60,311 nucleotides of DNA from Octopus bimaculoides (taxonomy: Eukaryota): contig NC_068991.1 in the NCBI RefSeq assembly GCF_001194135.2, positions 4,153,724-4,214,034 on the forward strand, in the 5' to 3' direction. Both the position numbers and the translations under genes were made by a program. The notes beneath the pieces are model-generated. The model made no database searches. It had not been told where the DNA came from and was given only the letters and a program-made list of their open reading frames with translations. This document shows, piece by piece, positions 12,796 through 27,189 of this stretch; positions within the stretch are counted from its first letter, which is position 1, and each line of letters opens with the position of its first letter.

Positions 12796-13545
12796 GCTTC
12801 AAATACACAGAGAAAAATATAGATAAAAAGTGAACTGATATAAGTAAAATGAAAGGGGCAGATGGAACATTTTCCTCACATTAACAATTAACAACTGGGA
12901 AAATGTTTAGGCAATCCATAAATATACTCAATAGTTACAGATCAATAAAAGCTGAAGTAAATCTGCTGATATTTTTTACACGCACACACATTTCTGAATT
13001 ATTGGACTCTTGTTGCTTCAATGAATGAGGGTTCAGCAGGACACAGCTGTACATAGTTCTTTTCAATGTTCTGCCATGTCATCTCAAGACAAAATTCAGA
13101 CCTATCCAGGATTTTGCAAGCATTGCAACAGTGGCCTCAGTGATTTGGGAGCATATTGAACCCAGCACTAACTATGTGGATCATTTTTCTGCCACTCTGT
13201 GTTGATTTTGGCTGCCTCAAAGTCAGAGCTTCTCCACTGAATTATAATCAACAGAAAGAAGAGAGAGTTCTGACCTTAACAGAACAGAAGTGAAAAGCTC
13301 CAAGGAGATATCTTTGCTTACATGACTTCATATTTATAGAAGGAAAATGAGATTTTATTAACCACTTTTTTTTCCAAAGTCTCAGTAATATAACTCAAGT
13401 GAAATAGTTAGTAAGCAAAATCAAATTGGTTTGCAGATTCATCTGGGAAATATCACTCCAATATTACTATATATTTGCAATCATAAATCTAAATAAATAT
13501 TGAATGATATGCTCATTAGTTTTAGTTTGTTGCAAGCAACATTGT

Positions 13546-13585
<40 letters not shown>

Positions 13586-14042
13586 NNNNNNNNNNNNNNN
13601 NNNNNNNNNNNNNNNNNNNNNNNNNNNNNNNNNNNNNNNNNNNNNNNNNNNNNNNNNNNNNNNNNNNNNNNNNNNNNNNNNNNNNNNNNNNNNNNNNNNN
13701 NNNNNNNNNNNNNNNNNNNNNNNNNNNNNNNNNNNNNNNNNNNNNNNNNNNNNNNNNNNNNNNNNNNNNNNNNNNNNNNNNNNNNNNNNNNNNNNNNNNN
13801 NNNNNNNNNNNNNNNNNNNNNNNNNNNNNNNNNNNNNNNNNNNNNNNNNNNNCTCTATTTACATAATATTAAGGTCATTTTCTTTCTTTTGTTGTCTTAC
13901 TTTTTCTATCAATATATATTGATAGAAAATATATATATTGATAGAAATTATATATCTTTTATAAATGTATTTTGCCTAAAAGGTTTTTATATGCTGGCCA
14001 CTGATAAAATTCATTAATTTTAAATCATTTTATCCTCACATT

Positions 14043-14079
<37 letters not shown>

Positions 14080-15067
14080 GTATGTACACACCTGCACCAA
14101 GCTAATAATGTTTCAGAAAGCACAGTTCTTGAATAAATACAGTATATAAATTGATACCAATTTCTGGAAACTACAACACACACTTAAAAATATAGATATA
14201 TACAGTATGCTTATGCAGCAGAAAACAAACTTATCACATGCTTAAAAACAGCAAACCAGAGAAAAACATTTAGCAGTAGCTGTTGCAGGTGGTCAATGAC
14301 CTTCTGAATTTTAACTTCCCATCTTGTTTACCTTATATAAATACGTGGGGGATAACCTTGATTAGCATAGTAATATACACCACAATACATGACAAGACTA
14401 ACTGAGAACAACTGTGGCGTTAAGAGGAGGAGGTTATTAACTTGTAGATGATAAATTAGAAGTCACGAAAGGATGTGAACATTATGACAGTAAAACAGAG
14501 TGAGACTGGAGAATGAATGAAGAAAAAGTACAAACAATCATAAGATGACTATAAAAGATGAGGGTGAAGCTGAATCACCTTCAGGTACACAAACAGGAAA
14601 AGAAAGGAGATATTTTGGTAGCCATATTTTTTCAAAGACTTTAGCAAGATAATTTTTAAAAAATCAGACTAAAATCAAGCTAAAAGATTCATCTGGGAAA
14701 TATCAGCCTCCAGTATTACTATGCAGTTCTCCTATACAGTTACAATTGTAAAGGAAAAAAATAGTGTAAGAATTGAAATCAAGCTTATATATCATTTTAT
14801 GTCTACTTTCTTACTGGCATGGGTTAGATGAGTTAACACAGTCCAGGTCAGTTATTTGGAGTTACTGCCATCCTAGACATGGTTAAGAGGATCATGTCTT
14901 GCACAGATGGCTTGCTTTGACATGTTTTCTATAGCCTTATACCCTTTCCAACACCATCTGTTTTGTAAAATGTACCCAGGTAGATTAAATTACAGCACCA
15001 GCACTCGTGAGGTTGCTTTAAATTCTGCAAATTGATTACACATACATATATACCATATTGTGCATAT

Positions 15068-15153
<86 letters not shown>

Positions 15154-16221
15154 GTTCAAATTTCCAGAAAACAAAAGAAGAAGGTGAGTGAACATGAAGC
15201 AGGTGTATTAGTTTAACACTCAGGATGAATGGAAAGTATTTGATGTTTCAAGCCTAAAGTTTCACTGCCAATAGCTCATCAGACAATCAACAATTATCGA
15301 TGACTGGTCAGACAGTCTGACTGGTCATCAATGTCTAGCCACCCAAAATTTCAGACAAAAAACTGATTACAGATTCTATTTTGAAAACACTGCATAGCAT
15401 GCCATACATGTGGAGAAATGATATTTTTTTTTATCTGATGGTGTCTTAAAAAAAAAAAGTACAGTTCCATACATTGGAATATACTTCTACATACCAATGT
15501 ACATGTACACAACTTTGTAGAATCTGCCAAAACACATAAGTGCCAAGTGAGCTTGCAGAACAATTATTGAAAGCATGTTTTTTTAGATAATTTATGATGG
15601 TCTTCCTGGAAAGCCCTCATACAACCTACTAATCAACAAACTATTGATAGATTTGATTGCAACCACAAAAATTGTAAATGTCATGAATCTATTTTATATT
15701 GTCCATATACATAAAACATTCTCCTACTGACTTACCATACACTTACAAGAAACAATTGTTGTTATATTATTTCTTGTTGTAAGAAATATCCAACAAAACA
15801 AAACTAGATAGGAAAACATTAGTGGAAAAGATATTTATATTTTTCAGAATTTCTCAACAAAAATTACAATGAATGTGAGAAGCAATTCTCAACACAACAC
15901 AAGGTTAAAATAATCAGACCAAATATATACTAGTCAGAAAACAAAAATAAACACTCAACTCATAATGAATAAATATAACAGTCAAAAATTCCAATTCATG
16001 TAGTAATATCTACATCAGGGGTCAGCAAACTTTCTATATGACTGACTCCATCATAGAAATGTTGATAAATATAATAAAAAATTTCTCGATTTAAAAACAA
16101 TAGTCCCTTCATTCTTTTGCTTTTGTGTCATTACTTTTAATATGAAATATTTAGAAAAATTTAATGAAAATACTGAACAAAGTAGATAAAGAGCAATAAA
16201 AATTCAGTCAATTATATTGAC

Positions 16222-16431
16222 TGAACCCACCTCAGGCTGACCCAAGTTATATGACATAAACTTTTAAAGTGGTCTAAATTATAATTTTCCATAAAAATTT
16301 TATGCTAATTTGTTCCAGACCCCAGCTTAATTAGAAAGTTATTTTCACTAAATTCTTCATTATTTTAAAAATTGAAACAAAGGCAGCAGATATAGTAACA
16401 AAGGCGGCAGATATAGTAACAAAAGGGTTAA
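16222..16431. mobile_element. Degenerate TTAA MITE with an internal ~21-bp tandem duplication
   Basis: It ends GATATAGTAACAAAAGGGTTAA. AACAAAGGC(A/G)GCAGATATAGT is duplicated. Similar to 29947-30167. Confidence 0.6.
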
Positions 16432-16837
16432 ATGTGAAGTATGTGTTTGGTGAATACTAGTTATAAATACCAAATATTTGGCAGGAAATTAGTGAGTTTT
16501 AACTGTAAATGACCATGCTCTTCCAGACTCAGCCTATAATTTTGCACTCAATGTTTAAAATTACTTCTGGTGTTTATCAACTGCTTATATAACCACATAG
16601 ACCCTCAGGGGTTAACACTAATCTCTAAGCCAACCTTGGTCTACATCAATCACATTGGTCCTGATTACTATATAGAGGCAGCAATACATGCCAACATCAC
16701 TTCATCTAGGATAATTTGATTGTGAAAATTTAGACATGGTAATGATAGGATTTAGAAACTTCACTGTTTCAAATAAAATGCAAGGAACTCATACAAAAAT
16801 GAGTTGATAAATGACTTGATAAAAAGATGAACTAGAG

Positions 16838-17611
16838 TGCAACCTTTTTCTATTGGCCATAAAAATAAAAAGTGCATACTATGCCATAGGAAATGTGGAG
16901 AATTCTGGAAATACCCCACTTTCAAAAATGAATTGACTCAGTTCCCAGGTTTCAAGTGCACATGCACAGAACCAAGTATATTCAATACAGATCTTACATA
17001 TACAATACATATCTTAAAGCAACGCTACATTTGTGTAGATATGATTACTGAAATCCCAATGATGAGTACATTGAAGATAGTTTCACAGAAAATGTATGCC
17101 AACTGTTGAATAGTCTTCATACAATTTAAATGCTTGGATCTTTCCTAAGCAAGACACCTTGGAAGACACAACTACTTGGGACATAAACAGAAAGAGGCCT
17201 TGGGTTCAGTTTCAGCATGCCAGAGCACCTCAAATAGCATAACAAGTCACGCTGAAACACAGCTGCACATAACTGCATCATACCAAAGTGATGACCCAAG
17301 ACTCAAGTCAGTCCTCTGCAAGTATCAAACCAGGATCAACTATCTTATTTCACTACCATTAACCCTCGTTAACTACCATTAACCTATCTTATTATACTAC
17401 CATTAACCCTCAATGTGCATACTAATGAGCAGATGCAACACACTAATCATAGGCAAATCAGTTCTTGCAACCTTTTTCTATTGGCCATAAAAATAAAAAG
17501 TGCATACTATGCCATAGGAAATGTGGAGAATTCTGGAAATACCCCACTTTCAAAAATGAGTTGACTCAATTCCCAGGTCTCAAGTGCACATGCACAGAAC
17601 CAAGTATATTC
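16838..17611. repeat. 146-bp direct repeat pair (16838-16983 and 17466-17611)
   Basis: The two copies differ at only three positions by eye and start 628 bp apart. Confidence 0.9.
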
Positions 17612-18191
17612 GGTTCCTGAGCAGTAACAGTTAATCTAATAACATAATTATCATGTTAACTGATACACCTAAAGGTTGCCAAACAACAACCTTTTAAACA
17701 ATAAAACTGTGTACAACTCATAGTTGACCAATCTCTTACACTTTATAATAACATTCACAAACCATAACAACAACAGCAACAAATTCCAACGTAGAAAGTT
17801 ATACAAAAGTTGAATGATGTTCTAGACATTTTCATCACTATGTCTATAATCTGAAAAGGTCAGTACCTGAGAATCTATAACATGTCTACTCTTGGAATTC
17901 AGAAACTGTTATAAAACAGCATATTCTATGACAGTTGAGTAAACATCTGTGTTGTGTATTTTACAGACTAAACAAATATAAGACAAACAGAGAAACATAT
18001 ATCTTAATTATTTAGTATTATCTGATAATAAATTCTTGTGTATTCTTCAGAAGAAGGCCATAAATATCTCATTTCATATTAAAATATTAGTTAGTACAGA
18101 CAGGAATATATCTTCTATATTCATTGAAAGCTGGTTAACTGTCTTTCAAGATACATAAAAATCAATATTGCTGACACATTGCAATGCCTTT

Positions 18192-18222
<31 letters not shown>

Positions 18223-21200
18223 TCTTTTGCTGCTACTTTTATTTCTTCATTTCCTTTTCAAAAATTCTCAACCATCATAAATTCTTACATTCTGTGAACA
18301 ATTTATTGGACTAATTTATACAAACCTATGTTAAAGACAGTATATAAACAGAGGAAATTAGAGACAGAGAAATAAGAATAAAGGAAAGAAAAATAGAAGG
18401 AAAAATATAAGAATGAAAAAAAAAACATGGGAAGGAAAAGGAAGAAGGAAAATATAGGAAGGAAAAGAAAGAAAATATAGGAAGGAAAAGGAAGAAAGAA
18501 AAACATAGGAAGGGAAAGGGAAGGAGAAGAAGGTAAAGCAAGAACTGTGCCAATGTTCAGGTTTTCAAAAGTCAAATTGGTGAATGTGCTATAAAGAGAT
18601 ATTGATTAGCTAGTTTGCTAATTCCATTATCAACACCCTGACACAGTGAAAGTAATAATCATATTCTGGTATCTGAGAATATCCTACAAATATTTCTTTC
18701 CAAGTAATGCAAATTACTCTAGCTTAGCACAGCTGTGATTGACAATTTTATCCATGCAGCCTGAAGGCTATTCTTCACACCAAATCTTTGGAGCTTACAC
18801 CAGCAAGTTGGCCTACAAAAACAGGTCTTGCATGTAACAAATTTATGGCAGGTAGACTTGTATGATAGCTATTAATGTGACATTTTTTCCAAGCCAAAAA
18901 GAACAAAAAAAAAAAAAGAAAGAAAGAAACAATGAGTGGCTATTTGTTTATAACCTGCTCAAAGCAAGATTTTAAATAAATATAAATTTGTCGTAAGGAA
19001 GTATCTGATTAGATATATGATACTTCAGTTTCCTTTTTTTGCAGATGATAATATAAATAAAATAAATAAAACATGTTTGCATCATTTATTTTATGACAAG
19101 AATGATTTGCTGTAAAGGCAATAATTAGAAAATAAATTAACACAAGAAAATATAAATTACACCTGGGAAATACATAAGGAACAGATCTAGGAGATAGACA
19201 GAGAGAGAAAAAAAGAAAAAAGCATGATGACTCAATTTTAAATATTTAACTAAAACAGACAACAAAACTAATTTAATTGATTGTGACAACAGCTTTTTAA
19301 TATTTAAATTCGTTTACCATATGGACATGTGAAATGTTTCATTACTACTTAACGATCTAATAATATACAAAAATGAAAACAAAATAGGATACAGAACTTT
19401 ATTTTTTTTTTTTTTTTTTTTTTTTTTGCTATAATGGCAATTTAGAATTATTATTATTATTTAATAAAGGTGCTGTCGTAAAAAATGACAGGCAACAAGC
19501 CGATAGCAAATGTAAACAGGAGAGAGGCATCATCTTAATGGCTTCCACACTACTCCAAGAGGAGGAATAGTGAAAAGAAAAAAAGAAAACAGTTGGTGTA
19601 TGAGAGAGAGAGAGAGAAAATAGTGAAACAAAATAATTGAAAGGTCCACAGAGGAAAGCATCTGATTCACTTCTTTTTCTAAATAGTAGAGTGAGAGGAA
19701 ACAGTAGCAACTACAACAAGCAGAAGAAAAACAATCTCCATTGCATGCTAAGAGAATATATCCTGGCAATATTTACTACAGCTGTATGCCATCGCCAAGT
19801 TCTATAAGCTTTGGCAGAGCTGCAAGGGTAGGAGAGAAAGAGAAAAACAAGAGAGATGGGGAAAGAAAGAAAGAGAAAAAAATAATAAAGGTATCACTAA
19901 CTTGTTATGGTTGAAAGGAAGAACAAAGAAAAAAAAACCTCTTTACAAATTCATGGAGATGGAATTTTTCAGAGGTATAAGATATATACAAATGTAAAAA
20001 AAAAAAATGTGCATGTGTGTGTGTGTGTGTGTGCATACATATACACGTATGCATATATGTATACATATGTGTGTATATGTATGTGTGTTTATTTTTTTTT
20101 TAACAAGAATAGTATTGACAATGATTTCAAAGTTCTGGCCAGCTAAGCTGGCCAAACCTTCAAAGTTACTATCAATATTATTGTTAAAGAATAATGAATT
20201 TGTACTCCACAAAAAGTATGGAGTAATCCTTCAATTTAATGTTAAATTGTTTTTATTGTAACTTAACATAAAAACAAGAATTAATATATGCATATGTGTG
20301 TTAATGTTTATATATGTAAATACATGTGTATGTGTGTGTGTGTAGTTGTTCTAAGTATTTTTAATGAAAAAATACAACTTTCAAAAATACTGTATATTCA
20401 AATGGAATAAATTTTATTCGTGTTAATTAATTCAACAGGTTTTGAAAAAGCAATTTGTTATACACCAGATAATTTCAACAGCTTTTATTAACCAAAAATC
20501 AAAATATATTCAAACAAAATCTCAAGCAATTATCTATAAACCTTTATAATCATGAATTAATTAAAATAATTTATATTTTGTGTTTGTAGCTGCTCCAGTC
20601 ATCATTTTCACATCCTCCTTTCCCTGCTCATGAGGGTCAAACAGAATTTGTTGAGGCAGATTTTCTACAGCTGGATGCCCTTCCTGTCACCACCCTTTGC
20701 CTGTTTCCAAGTAAGGTAATAACCCTTTATGACCAAATATGTTTCCAAGGATGATTAGAAATGAAGGACATGCATGCCTAACAGTGACAGTCATTTACAA
20801 CTTTTATACAATGTTAAACCAGGAAGACAGTAACCCACACACACATGTATGTATGAATTTATGTATGCAACTGGTTCCATTCAGTTTCTATCTACAAATC
20901 CACTTACAAGGCTTTGACTGGTGAAGGGCTACTGGAGGAGACATTGGTCCAAGGTATCACACCACAGAACAGAACTCAGAACCATGTTGTTGGGAAGCAA
21001 ACATCAGAACCACACAGCCATGCATGCACCAAGGTTGAAACTCTTTCCCATAATTGTGCCTTAACCTTGACACAAGTTCACCAAGTGACCAATACCATTG
21101 CTCCACCACAAAAACCCGCCAAACCTCCAAATTGTTCGCTCGCAGATACGTTGCAAACTATGCAGCTGTAGCACAGGTGAAAAATATTATTTAGAAAGTT

Positions 21201-21232
21201 AGCCAATATATTACAATGCATAGGTAAGGACA

Positions 21233-21840
21233 TGGCCATGTGGTTAAGAGGTTCAGGTTGTGGTTTCAGGTTCAGTCACACTGCATGGCACCTTGGGCAA
21301 GTGTTTTCTGCTTTAGCCCTGGACCTATCAATGCCTTGTGTGTGAGTGTATTTGAGAGCCAGAAACTGAAAGAAGTTCATCACATGTGTGTTTATGCACA
21401 TGTGTGGCCTTGTCTTGACATCATGTGGTAGTTGTAAATGAATGTCATTCATTTTCAACATTCTATGAAAATATATCCGGGGATGGGGAAATACTACCTT
21501 GTTTGGAAACTGGTGAGGGTTGGCAACAGGAAGGACATCCAGCCATAGAAAATCTGCTTCAATAAACTCCATTTGAGCCATGCTTTCATGGAAAAGTGGA
21601 TGTTAAAAAAGTTGTGTGTGTGTGTGTGTGTGTTTATGCTATGTTTGTCCACCACTAGAGCTTGACAACTGGTGTTGGCTTGTTTATGTCCCCATTGCTT
21701 AGCGGCTCAGCAAAAGAGACTGATGGAATATGAACCAAACTTAAAAAGGAAATAAGTGCTGGGGTCAATTTGTTCAACTAAACCCTTCAAAGCAGTGCCT
21801 CAGCATAGTTGCAGTCCAATGACTGAAACAAGTAAAAGAT
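21233..21840 (+). mobile_element. SINE family A composite copy
   Basis: Head GGCCATGTGGTTAAGAGGTTCAGGTT...GGCACCTTGGGCAAGTG, then body and 3' AATGACTGAAACAAGTAAAAGATAAAAGA. Boundaries are approximate. Confidence 0.7.
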
Positions 21841-22221
21841 AAAAGATATGTAGTCCTCCTGAGAAATCCTTTCTTTTTTAACATGCATTACATCACAGTT
21901 GATGGGTTTAAATATCACCTTCCTTTTTTTTTTTCTTTTTGTTATAATGGTGCCAAAGCTTATCTCATCTGACTGGAAAGTTTAATAGTATAAATCAACA
22001 GAAACTTAAAAGTGCATCTAGTGTTTGTTTGAATTCTCTTTTTAGCAAATCAGCTATGTAAGCAGGTTAATTGTGATATTCCATATAACAAAGTATATCC
22101 AATTTAACTGGTAAAAGCATTTACCCAGAATGCTCTGCAAACATACTTGATGGTCACCTTATTCAGAGATTTTAATATTCCTAATATTATCATCATCATC
22201 ATCGTTATTAAGTAAACACCT

Positions 22222-23392
22222 ATTTTTCAATTATGTTGTAGGTTACATAAGTAGGATTTAATGCCAACATAAATACATTCACACAAGCACACAATTTTAT
22301 ACATATAAAATTATACATAAAATAGGTGCAGGCATGGCTGTGGCAAAGGAAGTGGCAAAGGAACATATTTGGCATATTTTGCTCTATGAGTTTAATAAAG
22401 GCAACAATGCAATGGAAAGTGAAAGGCAGCATATGGAGATCGGACAATAAGCATAAGCTAGTGTCAACGGTGGCTCCAGAAATTCCAAGCCAGAAACTAT
22501 AGCCTAGAAGATGAGCCTTATCCTAGACAATCTGTAGAACTCAATGAGGATATCCTACAAACCCTGGTGGAACGAAATCCCATTGTAACTGTTCAGGAAC
22601 TAGCAGAGAAGCCTGGATTTTGTCATTCATCTATTCATCAACACCTGTGTGCCACTGGAAAAGTCAGCAAATTGGGTTCCTCACAAATTTTCCAAGTCTA
22701 ATCGCATGCAGAGAGTGAATGTGTGCTCTTCTTTGCGGTCATGTCTCATGAATAAACCCTTTTTTGGACCAAATAGTAACTGGTGATGAGAAATAGGCTC
22801 TCTATAAAAATGTCAAACACCAAAGACTGGGTAGGGAAAGGAGAAACACCAGCATCCGAGGCTAAAGGCCTTCACCCACATAAGGGGTTATCTGTTTGGT
22901 GGGATATGAAAGGTTTAGTCCACTTTGAACTTTTAAACCCAAACCAAATGATAACAAAGGAGGTCTAATGCAAGCAGCTTAAGTCAGCGCTAGGAAAAAA
23001 ATGACCATCTTTGGTTTCAAGACAAATGGTTTTCTTCCATCAGGATAATGCTCTGCCACATACAGCAAGGATTACATTCCAATGGCTGGAGCAGTTTGAA
23101 TGGAAAGCAATGCCCCACCCACCATATTCGCCAGACATTGCCCCATCTGATTATCATGTATTCCATAGTCTTCAAAATATTTGGATGGAAAAAATATGAA
23201 TTCTGTAGACAAGGTCAGAACAGTACAGGAGGAATATTTTTCGTCACAGAGAAGTGAATTTTGGAAGAGGGGCCTTGCAAGTCTACCAGATAGATGGAAG
23301 AGCATTGTAGATTAAAAAAGAACTTTGTTTATCTTAATTTTGAAAAATAAAAGAAGTATAAAAAAAGATGCATTATTTGTGGGATGACCCAA
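22222..23392 (+). mobile_element. Mariner (DD34D) transposon, decayed, left TIR missing
   Basis: Motifs WVPH (TGGGTTCCTCAC), TGDEK, FFHQDNALPH and PHPPYSPDIAPSDYHVFHSLQN are present with multiple stops and frameshifts. The right end CATTATTTGTGGGATGACCCAA is followed by TA. Confidence 0.9.
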
Positions 23393-23405
23393 TACATACA
23401 TATAT

Positions 23406-23650
23406 GAAGGCGCATGGCCCAGTGATTAGGCTGTTGCACACACAATTGCTAGATCGAGAGTTCAATTCCCAGACCACACAACACATGTTCTTGAGCAAAG
23501 CACTTCATTTCATGTCGCTCCAGTCCCTCTTTCAATCATAGGAAGATATTGGCCTTCTCACTTAGCCAGAGGGGTGGCGTCATTCAAAGGCTAAAATTAT
23601 GCAAAGCACATTGTGGCCAGCGATGTGTAACAACATCTGATAGTTTGGTC
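23406..23650 (+). mobile_element. tRNA-derived SINE (family D)
   Basis: Head GAAGGCGCATGGCCCAGTGATTAGG...GAGTTCAATTCCC. A related reverse copy lies at about 29830-30380. Confidence 0.6.
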
Positions 23651-24169
23651 AGTTATGTGAGGAGATTACATATATGTATAAATACATACACACACACACA
23701 TATGTACATACACACACACAATTTCTGTCTACCAAATCTACTCACAAGGCTTTTGTTGGAGTGGGACTTGACCAAGGTGCCACATGAGAAAACACTTGAC
23801 CAAAGTGCTGAACTCAAAACGGTGTGCTTACAAAGCAAGCTTCTTAACTACACAGCCAAAAAAACATGCACATAAATAGCAAAAACCAATAAATGGAGAG
23901 AAATCCAACTGGGAATAGACATTCCCTGGTTAATGTCAATTTCTAACTTTTGACTGTGTCTATATGTGTGTGGGTGTGTTTGCACACTGACTTACAAGGT
24001 TAGGAATTAAATCAAGCCTCTGCACATTAAGCAGATGTTTATTAAATTCCCACTTGGCTTGTCATTTTTTTTTTTTTTTCCTATTCTCGTTTATTTTCAC
24101 CTTATATATATATACACACACACATGCTGTCCTCCACATTATGTGATGCTATATCTTCAAGTAATATGT

Positions 24170-24610
24170 CTCTAAACCTCTGTCCATTCACAGGATCCTT
24201 AAGCTTCCACACCCTTCTTTTCTATACTGGCCGTCTTTTGGGCAGCCATTTAGCCTGGATCCTGAAGTTGCTAACTACTAACCTATGTTGTGGGGTGCAT
24301 TCTTCACCTGGGGAAGTTTTGGCATTTGTAAGTAGCTATCTTTCCTGTTTCCTGGCGAGAACATAGTAAATCTGACTAGTATGTCCACCAGACTGGTAGG
24401 TGAACAGGTGACTGGCAGGTTTCCTGAAGTTAGTATTACAGATCATAAGATCATTTGCATCACAGAACTCCAGCAGCCTGGTCTCCACCTCATTATAGGA
24501 ACCAAATCTGTAGCCACCATGAAAGCTCCCTGGATGTTGTCCAACATGTCCATTGAAGTCACCAGCCACAAAGAGAAGATCCCTGTCATTTGTCGACAAG
24601 GTAGTCTACA
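24170..24610 (-). pseudogene. RTE-type LINE apurinic endonuclease fragment
   Basis: The ORF at 24336-24599 reads LLFVAGDFNGHVG...RLLEFCDANDLMICNTNFRKPASHLFTYQSGGHTSQIYY. It continues after a stop as SPGEECTPQHRLVVSNFRIQAKW...RRVWKLKDP. Confidence 0.9.
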
Positions 24611-25324
24611 GACAATAATAACATAAAAATGTTCCCCCACCCACCCTCACTGGCACAAGGCCACAAATTTGAATGGGAGAAGATTATACTAAAAATTAAC
24701 TGAATACTCTAAGATATAAATGATCAGAATTTTACAACCTTCAAAGAACAAAAATTGATTTCGATGGGATTTTATCCCAATACATAGACAAAACAAGATT
24801 AAACAAGGACATTTTAGTCCAACATTCTAATGATTTCACTGATCCCACCATCTTCAATGAGATGAGAATAACAATATACTCTGAGATCTTGCAATACTAC
24901 AGGTATACCACTGATTTTATGGCATCTTTAGTTCCAAAGCCTTGATGGATTAACTATTTTGCTAGTTAGGACCATCTGTGATCATGTAACACTTCATCAC
25001 CAATCTCTCACCTACTAATTATATACTTCCATGTGTCATAAATATCACACAGCTTATGTACTGAAATACTACAGTCCAATTTTTTTTCAACAGTTCTACT
25101 TTATCTTGAATCAATAAGGATTGGTGTTTATATTTGACTTTGACACTACTGGTTCTCTTACCTGCATTAGCCATAGTTAAGAGTAACTTAAAGCGAAATA
25201 AGCATAAGAGCACACAAAATTTTGGCATTGCCACAAACAAGTGCAGTATAAATTATGCAAGTAAAAATAGGCCACACACAATGCTACCTGTGGTCATGCA
25301 ATGAACTAGACTGAAGGTCACAGG

Positions 25325-25375
<51 letters not shown>

Positions 25376-27189
25376 CGCGCGCGCGTGTGTGTGTGTATGC
25401 GCGTGTCTGTCTGTCTGTCTTACTCCTTGTTTTGGCATTGTGTGATAATTGTAAATGAGTATCATTGTCATACAAGCAATGTCATTCATTTCCAATCTTC
25501 CATAAAAACATGTCTGGCTATGGGGAAATACTACTTTGCTTGTAAACAGGTCAGGGTTGGTGACACGAAGGGCGTCTCACTGTAGAAAAGCTGCTTTAAG
25601 AAACTTGCACTTTCTTCCGCTCATTCTTGTTCGTGACACAGTGAGATTCTTCATTTCAGCTTTAAAGTCACTTCCCTCGATACTACAATCCCTTATTTGA
25701 GGGGTCTTGTCTTACAAGCTACTTGGTAATTTCACTGGTGCCGATGCCACATAAAAAGCCCCTGGTACATTCTGTAAAATGGTTGGCATTAGGAAGAACA
25801 TCCAGCCATTGAAACCATGCCAAAACAGATGTTAGAGCTTGGCACAGTCTTCTAGCTCATCAGCTCCTACCAAACTGTCCAACTATGCCAGTATGGAAAA
25901 AAAAATAGCAAACATTAACTAATGATCATGATAATGATGAGCTTCCTGGAATGAAGAGATATACACTATCACATGCATACATACACATACTTAAAATAGA
26001 AGCACACTCATAACCTTATGTACACACACGTGTCAATGAAATAAACACTCTTACCCATATGTATGCAAACATACACCAACATATATTCAAGCATCAATTC
26101 ACATACATAGTCACAAATCCATCTAACAGTCATGACTTTGTTTTTACTTAATGACCAGCTTAAATTCTGAGATGCGTATTTTATTTAAATATATCTCAAA
26201 AATGCATACATTATGAATACATAAAGAAGTAGAAATATGACCAAATTGCATATAAACATACAAGTATGTATATACACACACATTAATATAAAGAGATGGG
26301 GAAAAGAGAGAAATGTGCATACAGACATATAAACATCTGCATATATATATATATATATATATATATACATTTCTATACACACACATATACATGTATGTAT
26401 ATACATGTGTGTATATATACATACATGAATATCGTTATATACATAAACATGCACACAAATATAAGCACATACATACATGTGCACACACACACACACACAT
26501 GTGCATACATCAATGATTATATACACAGCCATTAAAAAAAATGCATATATACATATACACACAAACACATATACATGGCTGTTAAAATATGTTATTCCAT
26601 TAATATATGCCACACAACATTTCACAACTCATCAGTAACTTATGTTATTTCATCTGTTAGGTACAGAATCCTGAAATCTAACCTCACCACATCTCATATC
26701 ACTTTTTTTTTTTTCTCACTTCTTCCAGTATGACTTCCTCCTATCAGTACCCACCACTTTTTCATAAAACATCCCCCACCCTTACATTCCTCAGCCAAAC
26801 CCCCATATTACCCAGTCACCCTTATTTCAATTATGCTCTTGTTTTTCATACAAGTTAATCTAACACACCCAATGCACCTTTACTCATTTTGCTTCAATCC
26901 CCATAGATTTTACATTCAATCTCTAGTCCTGATTGAATAAACTTATGATCAAGGAATGACCATCTTGTATGTAGAACTGAGTAGTGTATATATATACATG
27001 CATATACATAAACATACATACATACATATGTGTATATACACATCATGAGGATTTTAATATATCTATCCACACATGTACGTATATACACGCACATGAGCAT
27101 ATATATACATGTATACACTGATGATTATATATATCTACCTATCATATATATATATATATATATATATANNNNNNNNNNNNNNNNTATAT

